41,730 nucleotides of DNA from an uncultured Pseudomonadota bacterium (GTDB taxonomy: Bacteria; SAR324; XYD2-FULL-50-16). The notes below the pieces were generated by a model. The model worked only from the letters and a program-made list of their open reading frames with translations. It had not been told where the DNA came from and made no database searches. The translations under genes were made by a program, and so were the position numbers. The stretch lies in the NCBI GenBank assembly GCA_964562335.1, contig CAZLTI010000002.1, positions 1 through 41,730 of the forward strand, given 5' to 3'. Positions 1 to 9,133 of the stretch are shown here, in pieces (the stretch's first letter is position 1; each line of letters begins with the position of its first letter).

Positions 1-1190
1 CCCTGCAGGCTGCGGAAGTGGAAGTGCTGCACTGGTGGACATCCGGCGGAGAAGCCGCCGCACTGAACGTGCTCAAACAGGATTTGGAAAAAAAGGGAAT
101 CGGCTGGAAAGATATGCCGGTAGCAGGCGGCGGCGGAACGCAGGCGATGACCGTTTTGCGGTCGAGAGTCACTTCGGGTACGGCGCCGACCGCTGTGCAA
201 ATGCTTGGATTCGATATCTTGGACTGGGCGGAACAGGGCGTGCTGGCCGACCTCAATAGCGTTGCCAACGAGGGCAACTGGGATGCGGTGATTCCAACCG
301 CACTGCAGAAGTTTGCCAAATACGATGGCAAATGGATTTCCGTTCCCGTAAATGTGCATTCCACCAATTGGGTATGGGCCAATAAGAAGATATTCGAAGA
401 GGTGGGAGTGACCGTTCCCAGAAACTGGGCTGAATTTCATCGCGTCGCCAAAAAGATCAAAAAGGCCGGTTATATCGCCATTGCCCACGGCGGGGAGTCC
501 TGGCAGGACGCAACGGTCTTCGACAGTATCGTTCTTTCCGTCGGCGGGTTCGATTTCTACAAAAAGACCATGGTGGATTTGGATCTGAAGAAGCTCGGCT
601 CCGGCACAATGAAAAGGGTCTTCGATCGCATGAGGAAGATACGGGGATTGGTGGACGACAACTTTTCCGGTCGCAGTTGGAACCTGGCATCGGCGATGGT
701 GATCAACGACAAAGCCGCCATGCAGATCATGGGGGACTGGGCGAAAGGGGAATTTATCAAAGCGGGCAAGGTGCCCGGCAAGGATTTTATGTGCTTTCGA
801 TTTCCGGGAACGCAGGGAATCGTGACCTTCAACTCCGATCAGTTCGCCATGTTTCAGGTGGGCTCGGCCGACAGAAAGGCACAGATAGAGATGGCCAAAT
901 CCGTGATTTCTCCCGTTTTCCAATCCGCCTTTAACGTGGTCAAGGGTTCCGTTCCCGCCAGAACCGACGTTCCCAATACCGATTTCGACGCCTGCGGCAA
1001 AAAGGGTATGACGGACCTGGCCTCCGCCAATATGAACGGTACGCTGATTGGAAGCATGGCGCACGGGCATGCCAACCCCGCTGGCATCAAAAACGCCATG
1101 TACGATGTAATCACCAACCATTTCAACACGGATCAATCTTCCGCCGATGCGGTAAAGGCACTCGTCTCCGCCGTCAAGACGGCCATGTAA
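1..1190 (+). CDS. Carbohydrate ABC transporter substrate-binding protein (family-1 SBP, GtsA/glucose-mannose-binding-like); 5' end cut by the window edge
   Basis: The frame is open from the window edge (codons in phase with nt 3). The track start at 18 is an internal GTG. The [16 protein letters not shown] motif near the mature N terminus and the overall size fit sugar SBPs. Two MalF/MalG-type permeases and an ATPase follow on the same strand. Confidence 0.85.
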   Translation, partial: LQAAEVEVLHWWTSGGEAAALNVLKQDLEKKGIGWKDMPVAGGGGTQAMTVLRSRVTSGTAPTAVQMLGFDILDWAEQGVLADLNSVANEGNWDAVIPTALQKFAKYDGKWISVPVNVHSTNWVWANKKIFEEVGVTVPRNWAEFHRVAKKIKKAGYIAIAHGGESWQDATVFDSIVLSVGGFDFYKKTMVDLDLKKLGSGTMKRVFDRMRKIRGLVDDNFSGRSWNLASAMVINDKAAMQIMGDWAKGEFIKAGKVPGKDFMCFRFPGTQGIVTFNSDQFAMFQVGSADRKAQIEMAKSVISPVFQSAFNVVKGSVPARTDVPNTDFDACGKKGMTDLASANMNGTLIGSMAHGHANPAGIKNAMYDVITNHFNTDQSSADAVKALVSAVKTAM

Positions 1191-1268
1191 TCCTTTTTGA
1201 GCCGCTCCGCACCGCAAAATCGTGCGGAGCCGGCTTTACGGTCAACCCGTTCCCTAGAAGACCGGACT

Positions 1269-2195
1269 ATGAAAAATAGAAAACCGCCCGAAGATTCGGG
1301 CGTGGATATCAGAAGGTGGCTTCAGGAGGCTTTGCCCAGGATCGTCCTGGCGCCATCCTTTTTGATCACTATTGTGTTTGTATATGGTTTTATTCTCTGG
1401 ACGGGATATCTTTCGTTTACCGCCTCGCGGCTGTTGCCCGTATACAGATGGGTGGGTTTCAAGCAATACATTCGTCTCTGGTCTCTGCCGAATTGGTACA
1501 AAGCGTTGGAAAACCTTCTGATTTTCGGCTCTCTGTATATCGGCATCTGCGTATTCCTGGGTCTTATTCTGGCCATTTTGATCGATCAGAAAATCCGCAT
1601 CGAGGGCATGATTCGCCCTATCATGCTCTATCCGATGGCAATCTCCTTTATCGTTACCGGTACGGCCTGGAAATGGTTTTTGAATCCCGGTTTGGGCCTG
1701 GAAAAGACGGTTCGGGAATGGGGCTTCGAATCGTTTACCTTCGATTGGATTATCGACGGAGACATGGCCATTTATACCGTCGTGATGGCGGCGGTATGGC
1801 AGTCGACCGGATTCGTTATGGCCATCTTTCTGGCAGGGTTGCGCGGAATCGATACGGATATCATCAAGGCAGCCTATCTTGAGGACGCCTCTCTGTTTCA
1901 GATTTATCGAAAAATTATTTTGCCGCAATTGCGTCCCGCCATTCTCAGCGCGGTGATTATTCTGTCGCATATGGCGATCAAGAGTTACGACCTGGTAATC
2001 GCCCTGACGGGCGGCGGACCGGGAAATGCCACGGAGCTGCCCGCAACGTTTATGTACTCCTACACCTTTACGCGCAATCGTATGGGCGTGGGGGCAGCCA
2101 GCGCGGTGATTATGTTTATGACGGTGGTTTCGGTCATGTTGCCGTACATCTATGCCGAACTTAAGGAGAAGGATCATGATCAACGAGGAGAGTGA
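1269..2195 (+). CDS. Carbohydrate ABC transporter permease (MalF/GtsB-like)
   Basis: The track ORF 1197..2195 opens with TTG; the first ATG is at 1269 (MKNRKPPE..). The protein has multiple hydrophobic helices and an EAA-type loop (IKAAYLEDASLFQIYRKIILPQLRPA). It lies between the SBP gene and the second permease gene. Confidence 0.85.
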   Translation: MKNRKPPEDSGVDIRRWLQEALPRIVLAPSFLITIVFVYGFILWTGYLSFTASRLLPVYRWVGFKQYIRLWSLPNWYKALENLLIFGSLYIGICVFLGLILAILIDQKIRIEGMIRPIMLYPMAISFIVTGTAWKWFLNPGLGLEKTVREWGFESFTFDWIIDGDMAIYTVVMAAVWQSTGFVMAIFLAGLRGIDTDIIKAAYLEDASLFQIYRKIILPQLRPAILSAVIILSHMAIKSYDLVIALTGGGPGNATELPATFMYSYTFTRNRMGVGAASAVIMFMTVVSVMLPYIYAELKEKDHDQRGE

Positions 2196-3054
2196 CTTCC
2201 TGTACGCCAACCGATATTGGCGTGTTCTCGTTTACGGCGCTCTGGTTTTTGCGGCGGTTTTGTTTCTGCTGCCTCTATATGTGATGATTGTCACCTCCTT
2301 TAAGTCGCTGGCGGAAATCAGACTCGGAAACATGCTGGCACTGCCGGAAACCTTCACTCTACAACCGTGGATCGACGCCTGGGGCAAGGCCTGCATCGGA
2401 TTGACATGCGAGGGAATCGGCGGCTATTTTACCAATTCCATCCAAATGGTCGTACCGGCGGTCGCCATATCCACCATACTCGGTGCCTTTAACGGATATG
2501 TTCTGACAAAGTGGACATTCCCCGGACATAAATGGGTTTTCGGCCTGATGCTTTTCGGCTGCTTCATTCCCTTTCAGGTGGTTCTGATTCCCTCCGCGCT
2601 GATCCTGGGAAAGATGGGTATTGCCAACAGCGTTATCGGCTTGGTGTTTATTCACGTCACCTACGGGTTGGGATTCACCACGCTTTTCTTCCGCAACTAC
2701 TACTACGTTTTCCCCACGGAGCTGATCAAGGCGGCGATGATCGACGGAGCGGGATTCTTCCGCATATTTTTCCGCATTCTTCTTCCCTCTTCGGGTCCGA
2801 TTATCGTGGTTACGGTTATTTGGCAGTTTACCAATATCTGGAACGACTTTCTGTTCGGCGTCTCCTTTAGCTCCGGCGTCAACGTGCCGGTTACGGTTGC
2901 CCTGAACAATCTGGCGAATAGCTCCACGGGAGTGAAGGAGTACAATGTCCATATGGCGGCTGCCATTCTGGCGGCGCTTCCGACCTTGGTCGTATATGTA
3001 GTGGCCGGCAAATATTTCGTTCGCGGTTTGATGGCGGGATCAATCAAAGGGTAA
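2176..3054 (+). CDS. Carbohydrate ABC transporter permease (MalG/GtsC-like)
   Basis: The ATG at 2176 is preceded by AAGGAG (2163-2168) and overlaps the upstream permease by 20 nt. The protein has an EAA loop (LIKAAMIDGAGFFRIFFRILLPSSGP) and several hydrophobic segments. Confidence 0.85.
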   Translation: MINEESDFLYANRYWRVLVYGALVFAAVLFLLPLYVMIVTSFKSLAEIRLGNMLALPETFTLQPWIDAWGKACIGLTCEGIGGYFTNSIQMVVPAVAISTILGAFNGYVLTKWTFPGHKWVFGLMLFGCFIPFQVVLIPSALILGKMGIANSVIGLVFIHVTYGLGFTTLFFRNYYYVFPTELIKAAMIDGAGFFRIFFRILLPSSGPIIVVTVIWQFTNIWNDFLFGVSFSSGVNVPVTVALNNLANSSTGVKEYNVHMAAAILAALPTLVVYVVAGKYFVRGLMAGSIKG

Positions 3055-3058
3055 TTCT

Positions 3059-4165
3059 ATGAGCTTCCTAGAGGTAAAGAACCTGGTAAAATCGTTCGGC
3101 AGCACGGAAGTGTTGAAAAACATCAACCTCAGCCTGCCCAAAGGGAAATTTTTGGTGCTGGTAGGACCTTCGGGATGCGGAAAATCGACTCTACTCAATT
3201 TGATTGCGGGGCTGAACAACATTACCGACGGCGAGATCGTCATCAACGGCAGAGTGGTAAATCACATTCATCCCGGCAAGCGCAACATCGCCATGGTCTT
3301 TCAGTCCTATGCCCTCTATCCCAATATGACGGTAGGCAGGAACATCAGCTTCGGTCTGGAAATCCGCAAAGTCGACAAGGAGCAGGTGCAGGCCAAAGTG
3401 CTGGAGGTGGCGAAGATGCTTCAGATCGATCACCTGATCGACAGGAAACCCGCTCAACTTTCGGGCGGACAAAGGCAGAGAGTGGCCATGGGACGGGCCC
3501 TGGTGCGCGATCCGGACCTTTTTCTGTTCGACGAGCCGCTGTCGAATCTCGATGCCAAACTGCGCGTCGATATGAGAACCGAAATCAAAAAGCTGCATCA
3601 AAAACTGAAGGCGACCATCGTATATGTCACCCACGATCAAATCGAGGCGTTGACGTTGGCGGACTATGTGGCCGTTATGTGGGGCGGCGAAATTCAGCAG
3701 TTCGGCTCGCCCCATGAGATCTACGACAGACCGAACAATCTTTTCGTGGCAAATTTTATGGGATCGCCCTCCATGAATTTCCTCGGCGGAACGATCCGAA
3801 AAAAAGCCGATGGCCTGGAAGTGGTTTTCGACGAAAAGGAGAGAGAGGTTTCGCTGCCGGTCGGTAATCCCCAAAAGGAGCTGGAAGAGTATGCGGATAG
3901 AAGGGTAACGCTGGGAATTCGGCCGGAGGCCATCAACCTGTTCAATGCCGACATCGACGATCCGCAACTGAGTATCGATTGTAAAATCAACGTCGTTCAA
4001 CCGACCGGCGCGGATACCTATGCCGTGCTGTCTTTCAACGAAGGGGAGATTTTGGCGCGAATGAGGCCCGAACGGGCGATTCGACTCAAGGAGACAGAGA
4101 AGTTTACTTTCCGCATGGGCAAAGCGGTGTTTTTCGACCCGGAAACGGAAAAACGTATTCGTTGA
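3059..4165 (+). CDS. Sugar ABC transporter ATP-binding protein (MalK/UgpC/GtsD-like, with C-terminal regulatory/TOBE-like domain)
   Basis: Walker A GPSGCGKST, signature LSGGQRQR and Walker B LFLFDEPLSNLD are present, and the VTHDQ H-loop is intact. The 368-aa length is typical of MalK-type ATPases. Confidence 0.92.
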   Translation: MSFLEVKNLVKSFGSTEVLKNINLSLPKGKFLVLVGPSGCGKSTLLNLIAGLNNITDGEIVINGRVVNHIHPGKRNIAMVFQSYALYPNMTVGRNISFGLEIRKVDKEQVQAKVLEVAKMLQIDHLIDRKPAQLSGGQRQRVAMGRALVRDPDLFLFDEPLSNLDAKLRVDMRTEIKKLHQKLKATIVYVTHDQIEALTLADYVAVMWGGEIQQFGSPHEIYDRPNNLFVANFMGSPSMNFLGGTIRKKADGLEVVFDEKEREVSLPVGNPQKELEEYADRRVTLGIRPEAINLFNADIDDPQLSIDCKINVVQPTGADTYAVLSFNEGEILARMRPERAIRLKETEKFTFRMGKAVFFDPETEKRIR

Positions 4166-4271
4166 AATCGGCACCTACCTTCGCCTTTGCCAAACAACTA
4201 TTTCGGAACCCATCCAATTGCCGTCGCATCCTGTATCCACCTTCGTCGCTCGAGCCAAAAAGGGAGATCCC

Positions 4272-6080
4272 GTGTTCATCACCGACGTGCGCGGCTCCTT
4301 CTCCCAACTCGGCGGGAAATCCGCATGGGACTTAATTCTGGTTTTGGACCTGCTGCCAAAGGGGGAAAAAAGAGCCTTTGAGATCCGCATCCCCTCTCTC
4401 GACCTGGCGGTGCGGGAACAGGTCGAATTCGTAACCTCCTACCTGCGGGCCGAAATATACAATATCCTCTCCACACTGGGCGGAACCAAACTGACAATCT
4501 ATCTGGATAGGAGCAATAGGAGCCTCGTTCGATTGGCGGAAACGCTTTACGAGTCGTTCGATACGCATAAGTCGCGTTCGCAACGGAAAGGGTACGGGCG
4601 CGCAATAAACGTCATCGAGAGGATACGGGACTCCCAAAAGGCACAAACCCATTGCGCCGATAGCCGGTTTTCCTTTCGCATCGAGGAGATAACGCGACTG
4701 CCCATTCTGCCGAAAAACGGGAGCGGCCGCTCCCGAAACGGGAACCGATTCGAAAAGGCGACGAAACTTCCGAAGGGAAAGACGATTTGCGGTATCGATA
4801 TCGGCGGCACCAGTATCAAGCTTGTGCTTGTCGCCGATGGAACAATTCGCTGCTGCAAGGAGTACGGCTGGTTTCCGGCTGGCTTCAAAACGGCTTTGGA
4901 ACAGATCGATCCGATCCTTTTGCTGGTACGTTTGGCAAGAGCGAAACTCTCCTACGAAAGCGACACTGCTGCAGGAACCGAAGCGGAATCTCAGCTGAAG
5001 CGGGATTTGGAAAGGGCCTTTGCCTGGGACGCCTCCTATGAAACGATTTGCGATACTGTCGAACGGATAGAGTCGTTGCTCCGTGGAGAGCTGACGGAGA
5101 TCGATGCCATAGGCGTATCGTTTCCGGATGTCGTTATCAAAGACAAAATCGTCGGCGGCGAAGTCTACAAAATGCGGGGAATGAGGGAGAATGCGGCCAT
5201 CGATTTCGAAAGGGAGTTTGCCCGGATCACGCATCTCGATACCCGTCTGCTGGCGTTGTGCAAAAAGGGCGGTGTTGTCAAAATCATCAACGATGGTTCC
5301 ATGGCGGCCTTCACCGCCGCAGTGGAGATGGCTGCCCAAAACGAGGCGGAAAAGAGGGAGGAGGAGATATTCGCACATACGCTGGGAACGGAGTTGGGAA
5401 CGGGTTGGGTAACGCGAGAAGGTTCCATCCCGGAAATCCCTTTAGAGGTGTACAACATCGTTATCGATCTGGGCAGTTTCGTAGAGCGTGGCTATCACAA
5501 CGACGACGCGAGAAGCATCAACAACTTCAATACCGGACTGCCGGGAACTCTGCAGAAATATACCAGCCAAAGCGGCGTCTTTCGGCTGGCTCTAAAGTAT
5601 CTCCCCGAAAAAAGTCCGGACCTGTACCGGGATCTTTTCCATAGGGGATTGCTGGAGGAGGCGGAGAGGGACGGAAATCCGATACTAACCGTTCCGACCG
5701 AGCCGTCGGACAGACGTAAGGCCTTTATGAAGCATATCATACGGCTGCTGGAACGGGAGAAAGAGGAAACGGTGGCCCGCATTTTTAGAGAAATCGGAGT
5801 TTTTTTGGCAGTTACCTGGTTGGAAACGGAAAGGCTGCTTCGACCCAAAACAAAATCGAGATATCTTTTCGGAGGACTGTTGGCCGACAGGAACTGTAGC
5901 GATTTGATTCGGCAGGGGGCCTGTTCGCGTGTCGGCGATATAAGGCTGGATGTCGCCGACGAAGGAATGGCCAATACGCCTTTGATGAAGCAGCTTCGAA
6001 AATTTTCCCATTTTTCGGTGAGTCAGTTCGCTTTGGCTGTCGGGGCGGTCCACTATGCCAACCTGGAGTTGTCGGAGTAA
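4272..6080 (+). CDS. ROK/ASKHA-family sugar kinase-like protein with an uncharacterised N-terminal extension of about 170 aa
   Basis: ASKHA motifs are GIDIGGTSIKLVLV (phosphate-1), IINDGSMAAF and GTELGTGWV. The track ORF starts at a TTG (4218) with no SD. An in-frame GTG at 4272 is preceded by AAGGGAG (4259-4265) with a 6-nt spacer, so I prefer that start. The N-terminal region has no motif I recognise. Confidence 0.7.
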   Translation: MFITDVRGSFSQLGGKSAWDLILVLDLLPKGEKRAFEIRIPSLDLAVREQVEFVTSYLRAEIYNILSTLGGTKLTIYLDRSNRSLVRLAETLYESFDTHKSRSQRKGYGRAINVIERIRDSQKAQTHCADSRFSFRIEEITRLPILPKNGSGRSRNGNRFEKATKLPKGKTICGIDIGGTSIKLVLVADGTIRCCKEYGWFPAGFKTALEQIDPILLLVRLARAKLSYESDTAAGTEAESQLKRDLERAFAWDASYETICDTVERIESLLRGELTEIDAIGVSFPDVVIKDKIVGGEVYKMRGMRENAAIDFEREFARITHLDTRLLALCKKGGVVKIINDGSMAAFTAAVEMAAQNEAEKREEEIFAHTLGTELGTGWVTREGSIPEIPLEVYNIVIDLGSFVERGYHNDDARSINNFNTGLPGTLQKYTSQSGVFRLALKYLPEKSPDLYRDLFHRGLLEEAERDGNPILTVPTEPSDRRKAFMKHIIRLLEREKEETVARIFREIGVFLAVTWLETERLLRPKTKSRYLFGGLLADRNCSDLIRQGACSRVGDIRLDVADEGMANTPLMKQLRKFSHFSVSQFALAVGAVHYANLELSE

Positions 6081-6331
6081 AGGGTGAAAAATGGGGTCGG
6101 ACCAAATCGAACTACTGATTTTATTTATTTTTATTATACATATTGACCTATTTTTTCTGTTAAAATTCAATTTTACCTCATTTTTTCCGCTCTAATGAAT
6201 TTTCATAAAGTCTATGGTACCGAGAGAGAATGAAATTGCACGATACTGAAAGCGGTACGGCATACCGTTTGATGCTACCGTAAACGGAAGGTTCTATCGA
6301 AACTCACATAAATCGATCCGATTCAAGACTG

Positions 6332-6387
6332 ATTATTTCTTTAAAATGTTATTTCTTGTCTAAAAAATAACATTTTAAAGAAATAAT
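6332..6387. repeat. Perfect 23-bp inverted repeat (AT-only stem except one G/C pair per arm) with a 10-nt loop
   Basis: ATTATTTCTTTAAAATGTTATTT (6332-6354) is the exact reverse complement of 6365-6387. The loop is CTTGTCTAAA. Confidence 0.8.
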
Positions 6388-6415
6388 TTGCTTTAATTAT
6401 GAAATAAAATATAAT
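6388..6415 (+). promoter_or_regulatory. Candidate sigma70-type promoter for the GMC oxidoreductase gene
   Basis: TTGCTT (6388-6393), a 16-nt spacer and TATAAT (6410-6415) lie about 40 nt upstream of the ATG at 6456. The context is AT-rich, so a chance match is quite possible. Confidence 0.3.
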
Positions 6416-6455
6416 GTTATCAATGATTTAATTTGGTCCGACCCCATAAAACATC

Positions 6456-7982
6456 ATGAACGACAGACACTACGATGTAATCATCATCGGTACGGGCGCC
6501 GGAGGCGGAACACTGGCCTATGCCTTGGCGGACTGGGGAAAGAGAATTCTGTTGCTTGAGCAGGGAGACTATCTGCCGAAATCGACGGACAACTGGAGTC
6601 CGGAGGCGGTGTTTCGGGATGCTCGCTACAAAACGCAGGAGAAGTGGATCGACCTTCGGGGCAGGCCCTTCTCTCCGGGCATGAACTATTATGTGGGAGG
6701 CAATACGAAAGTCTATGGAGCCGTTCTGGCGCGCCTAAGAAGGGAGGATTTCCGCAAGGTGCAACATCGAGAGGGGATCTCGCCGGAGTGGCCGATCTCC
6801 TACGAAGATTTGGCTCCGTTTTATGCGCAGGCCGAGAAGATGTACCGTGTACACGGATTGCGGGGCGAAGATCCGTCCGACCCGCAGGATGGCGAATACC
6901 CTTTTCCTCCCGTTTGCCACGAACCGTACGTGGAGGAACTCTCCGAATCTTTTGTAAAAATGGGTCTGCACCCCTTTCATCTTCCGCTGGGCATTCATCT
7001 CGACGAGCGGGAACCCCGAAAGGGCAGATGCGTCCGCTGCAAAACCTGCGACGGATTTCCCTGTCTGCTGGATGCCAAATCCGATGCCGCCGTAAATGGC
7101 GTAGAACCGGCAATCCGATTTGGAAATACTACGCTGCTTCGTAATGCCAAGGCGCTCAAACTCGTTACGGGAAATAACGGGCGGGAAGTACGGTCGGTGG
7201 AAGCCGTAGTCGAAGGGGAGAGCAGGTCCTTTACGGGAGGGATCGTGGCTGTTTGCTGCGGAGCCGTGAAATCGGCCGAGCTGTTGCTGCGGTCGGCAGA
7301 CGAAAGACATCCGCAGGGTTTGTCGAACGAATCCGATCAGGTGGGAAGAAATTATATGGCGCACAACAATGCCTTCATGATGGCCGTAAGACCGGACCGC
7401 CCCAATCCGACCGTCTTTCAAAAGACGATTGGCGTCAACGATTTTTACTTCGGCGACGGAAGCGGCAGCTACCCTTTGGGCAACGTTCAGGCCGTCGGAA
7501 AACTGCAAAAAGGCATGCTAACGGCCGAGAAGCCCTGGGTACCTACTCCGATTCTGCGCTATCTGGCGAAACGCAGCGTCGATTGGTGGATTATGACGGA
7601 GGATCTGCCGCAGCCCGAAAATCGCGTTGCCGTTACGCGGCAGGGAACGATTCGGGTTTCCGCGTGTCCGTCCAATACGAAGGCGCATAGGGAGCTCATC
7701 GGGAAGTTCGGTCGAATTATGCGGGATATCGGATTCCCCTTGATTTTTACCAAAGTGTTGGATGTCGCCACCTGCTCCCATCAGGTGGGTACATGCAGAT
7801 TCGGACACAATCCCGCAGACAGCGTATTGGACGAATTTTGTCGCAGTCATACGGTGCGAAACCTGTTCGTTGTAGACGGTTCCTTTTTCCCCTCCTCCGC
7901 TGCCATGAACCCGGCGCTTACGATTATGGCGCAGGCTTTGAGAACGGGAAGCTGGATTCGGCAGAACTACGACAGCCTGTAA
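6456..7982 (+). CDS. GMC-family FAD-dependent oxidoreductase
   Basis: The N-terminal FAD fold reads YDVIIIGTGAGGGTLAYALA...LLLEQG. The C-terminal GMC region contains HQVGTCRFG and FVVDGSFFPSS. Confidence 0.85.
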   Translation: MNDRHYDVIIIGTGAGGGTLAYALADWGKRILLLEQGDYLPKSTDNWSPEAVFRDARYKTQEKWIDLRGRPFSPGMNYYVGGNTKVYGAVLARLRREDFRKVQHREGISPEWPISYEDLAPFYAQAEKMYRVHGLRGEDPSDPQDGEYPFPPVCHEPYVEELSESFVKMGLHPFHLPLGIHLDEREPRKGRCVRCKTCDGFPCLLDAKSDAAVNGVEPAIRFGNTTLLRNAKALKLVTGNNGREVRSVEAVVEGESRSFTGGIVAVCCGAVKSAELLLRSADERHPQGLSNESDQVGRNYMAHNNAFMMAVRPDRPNPTVFQKTIGVNDFYFGDGSGSYPLGNVQAVGKLQKGMLTAEKPWVPTPILRYLAKRSVDWWIMTEDLPQPENRVAVTRQGTIRVSACPSNTKAHRELIGKFGRIMRDIGFPLIFTKVLDVATCSHQVGTCRFGHNPADSVLDEFCRSHTVRNLFVVDGSFFPSSAAMNPALTIMAQALRTGSWIRQNYDSL

Positions 7983-8086
7983 AAACGTCGTCTCTGAGCT
8001 ACGTAAAGCAGGTTTTGTCGTCTACGGAACCTCGAAAAAGTGCCAAAGGAGCCGTTCCATTAAAATCGCCTTTTTGGGAGAAAGCT

Positions 8087-9118
8087 ATGAAAAAGACTAT
8101 GCGGGCAGTCGTATTCGAATCGGAGGGCAAGACGGCCCTGAAGGAGATCGGGATCCCCGAAATTCGGCAACCCGACGATGTCATCGTCGAGATAGAGGTG
8201 TGCAGCATTTGCGGCACGGACGTAAAAATTACCGACGTGCCTCCGGGATATGCGGCGGAACCCGGAACCGTATTGGGACACGAGATAGTCGGCACTGTCG
8301 TGGAGACGGGCGGAAACGTCAGATACTTGAAAAAGGGAGATCGGGTCGTGGTCAACCCGAACGATTTCTGCGGCGTGTGCCGCTACTGTCGGGACAATAT
8401 GCCCAATCACTGCGAAAATATCGAGGCTCTCGGAGTGTTTACCCATGGCGGATTTGCGGAATATGCCAAAATGCCGGAGAGAATTCTGTATCGGATCGCG
8501 CCGGATCTATCTGCGCGGAAAGCCGTTTTCGCCGAACCGCTGGCCTGTATTCTCAACGGACTGGACAAAATTCGTCTGACTGCCGGCGACGGTGCACTGG
8601 TCGTGGGGTGTGGACCCATCGGACTATTGGTTGTGCAGTTGCTGAAAGCGTCGGGAATCACTCCCCTGATCGTTTCGGAACCATCCGAACTGAGGCGGAA
8701 CTATGCGCTACAATGCGGAGCGGAGCATGCGATCGATCCCAGAGTGCAGGAACCGGCGGACTTCTGCCAAAAAATCACCGGAAACGGAGTGGACGTTGTG
8801 GTGGAACTTGTGGGTTCCCAGCTCAAAACGGCCGTTCAAGCAGTTCGCAGGAGAGGGAATATTTTGCTATTCGGGCTGAACACGCAAGTGGAGCCGAATG
8901 TGCCCCAAAGTGAGATGATTTTTAAAGAGATTGCGGTTTTCGGCACCTGGATAGCCAACGCATCCTTTTCCAGAGCGGTGAAGCTGCTGGAAAGCGATAT
9001 ATTGGATGTCGAACGGCTGGTTACGCATACCTATCCTCTTTCAAAGGTCGAAGAGGGGCTGCGATTGCTAAAAAGCGGCGAGGCAATCGAAATATTGGTC
9101 GATCCCAAACAGAATTGA
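8087..9118 (+). CDS. Zinc-dependent alcohol/polyol dehydrogenase (MDR superfamily, threonine/sorbitol dehydrogenase-like)
   Basis: The ATG at 8087 (MKKTMRAVVFE) follows GGGAG. Motifs are the catalytic Zn ligands CSICGTD and GHEIVG, the structural Zn cluster CGVCRYCRDNMPNHC and the NAD fold VVGCGPIGLL. The track ORF start at 7793 overlaps the GMC gene and is rejected. Confidence 0.88.
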   Translation: MKKTMRAVVFESEGKTALKEIGIPEIRQPDDVIVEIEVCSICGTDVKITDVPPGYAAEPGTVLGHEIVGTVVETGGNVRYLKKGDRVVVNPNDFCGVCRYCRDNMPNHCENIEALGVFTHGGFAEYAKMPERILYRIAPDLSARKAVFAEPLACILNGLDKIRLTAGDGALVVGCGPIGLLVVQLLKASGITPLIVSEPSELRRNYALQCGAEHAIDPRVQEPADFCQKITGNGVDVVVELVGSQLKTAVQAVRRRGNILLFGLNTQVEPNVPQSEMIFKEIAVFGTWIANASFSRAVKLLESDILDVERLVTHTYPLSKVEEGLRLLKSGEAIEILVDPKQN

Positions 9119-9133
9119 CCGAAAGTGCAAAAC

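Larger units (their letters stand above)
6091..6447. mobile_element. AT-rich 357-bp segment bounded by perfect 17-bp terminal inverted repeats (MITE-like; non-autonomous, no ORF)
   Basis: ATGGGGTCGGACCAAAT (6091-6107) is the exact reverse complement of ATTTGGTCCGACCCCAT (6431-6447). The 323-nt interior is visibly far more AT-rich than the flanking genes. AAAA is present on both outer flanks (6087-6090 and 6448-6451). The element fills nearly the whole ROK-GMC intergenic gap. Confidence 0.35.

Noticed and set aside
3191-4174. Long ORFs antisense to confidently assigned genes. Examples are 1254..2210(-), 3191..4174(-), 4332..5378(-), 12596..13681(+), 13155..13982(+), 17021..17884(+), 17814..18743(-), 18612..19562(+), 28014..28616(+), 29085..29696(+) and 36170..37000(-).
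   Set aside because: Their translations are Arg/Gly/Pro/His-rich and low-complexity, with no motifs. Each lies wholly inside a gene on the other strand that has strong family signatures. These are typical shadow ORFs in moderately GC-rich DNA.
7793-8086. An N-terminal extension of the Zn-ADH ORF (track start 7793), which would overlap the GMC oxidoreductase by 190 nt.
   Set aside because: The extension is Arg-rich and non-homologous-looking. A canonical MDR N terminus (MKKTMRAVVFE) starts at ATG 8087 with an upstream GGGAG, after the GMC stop.
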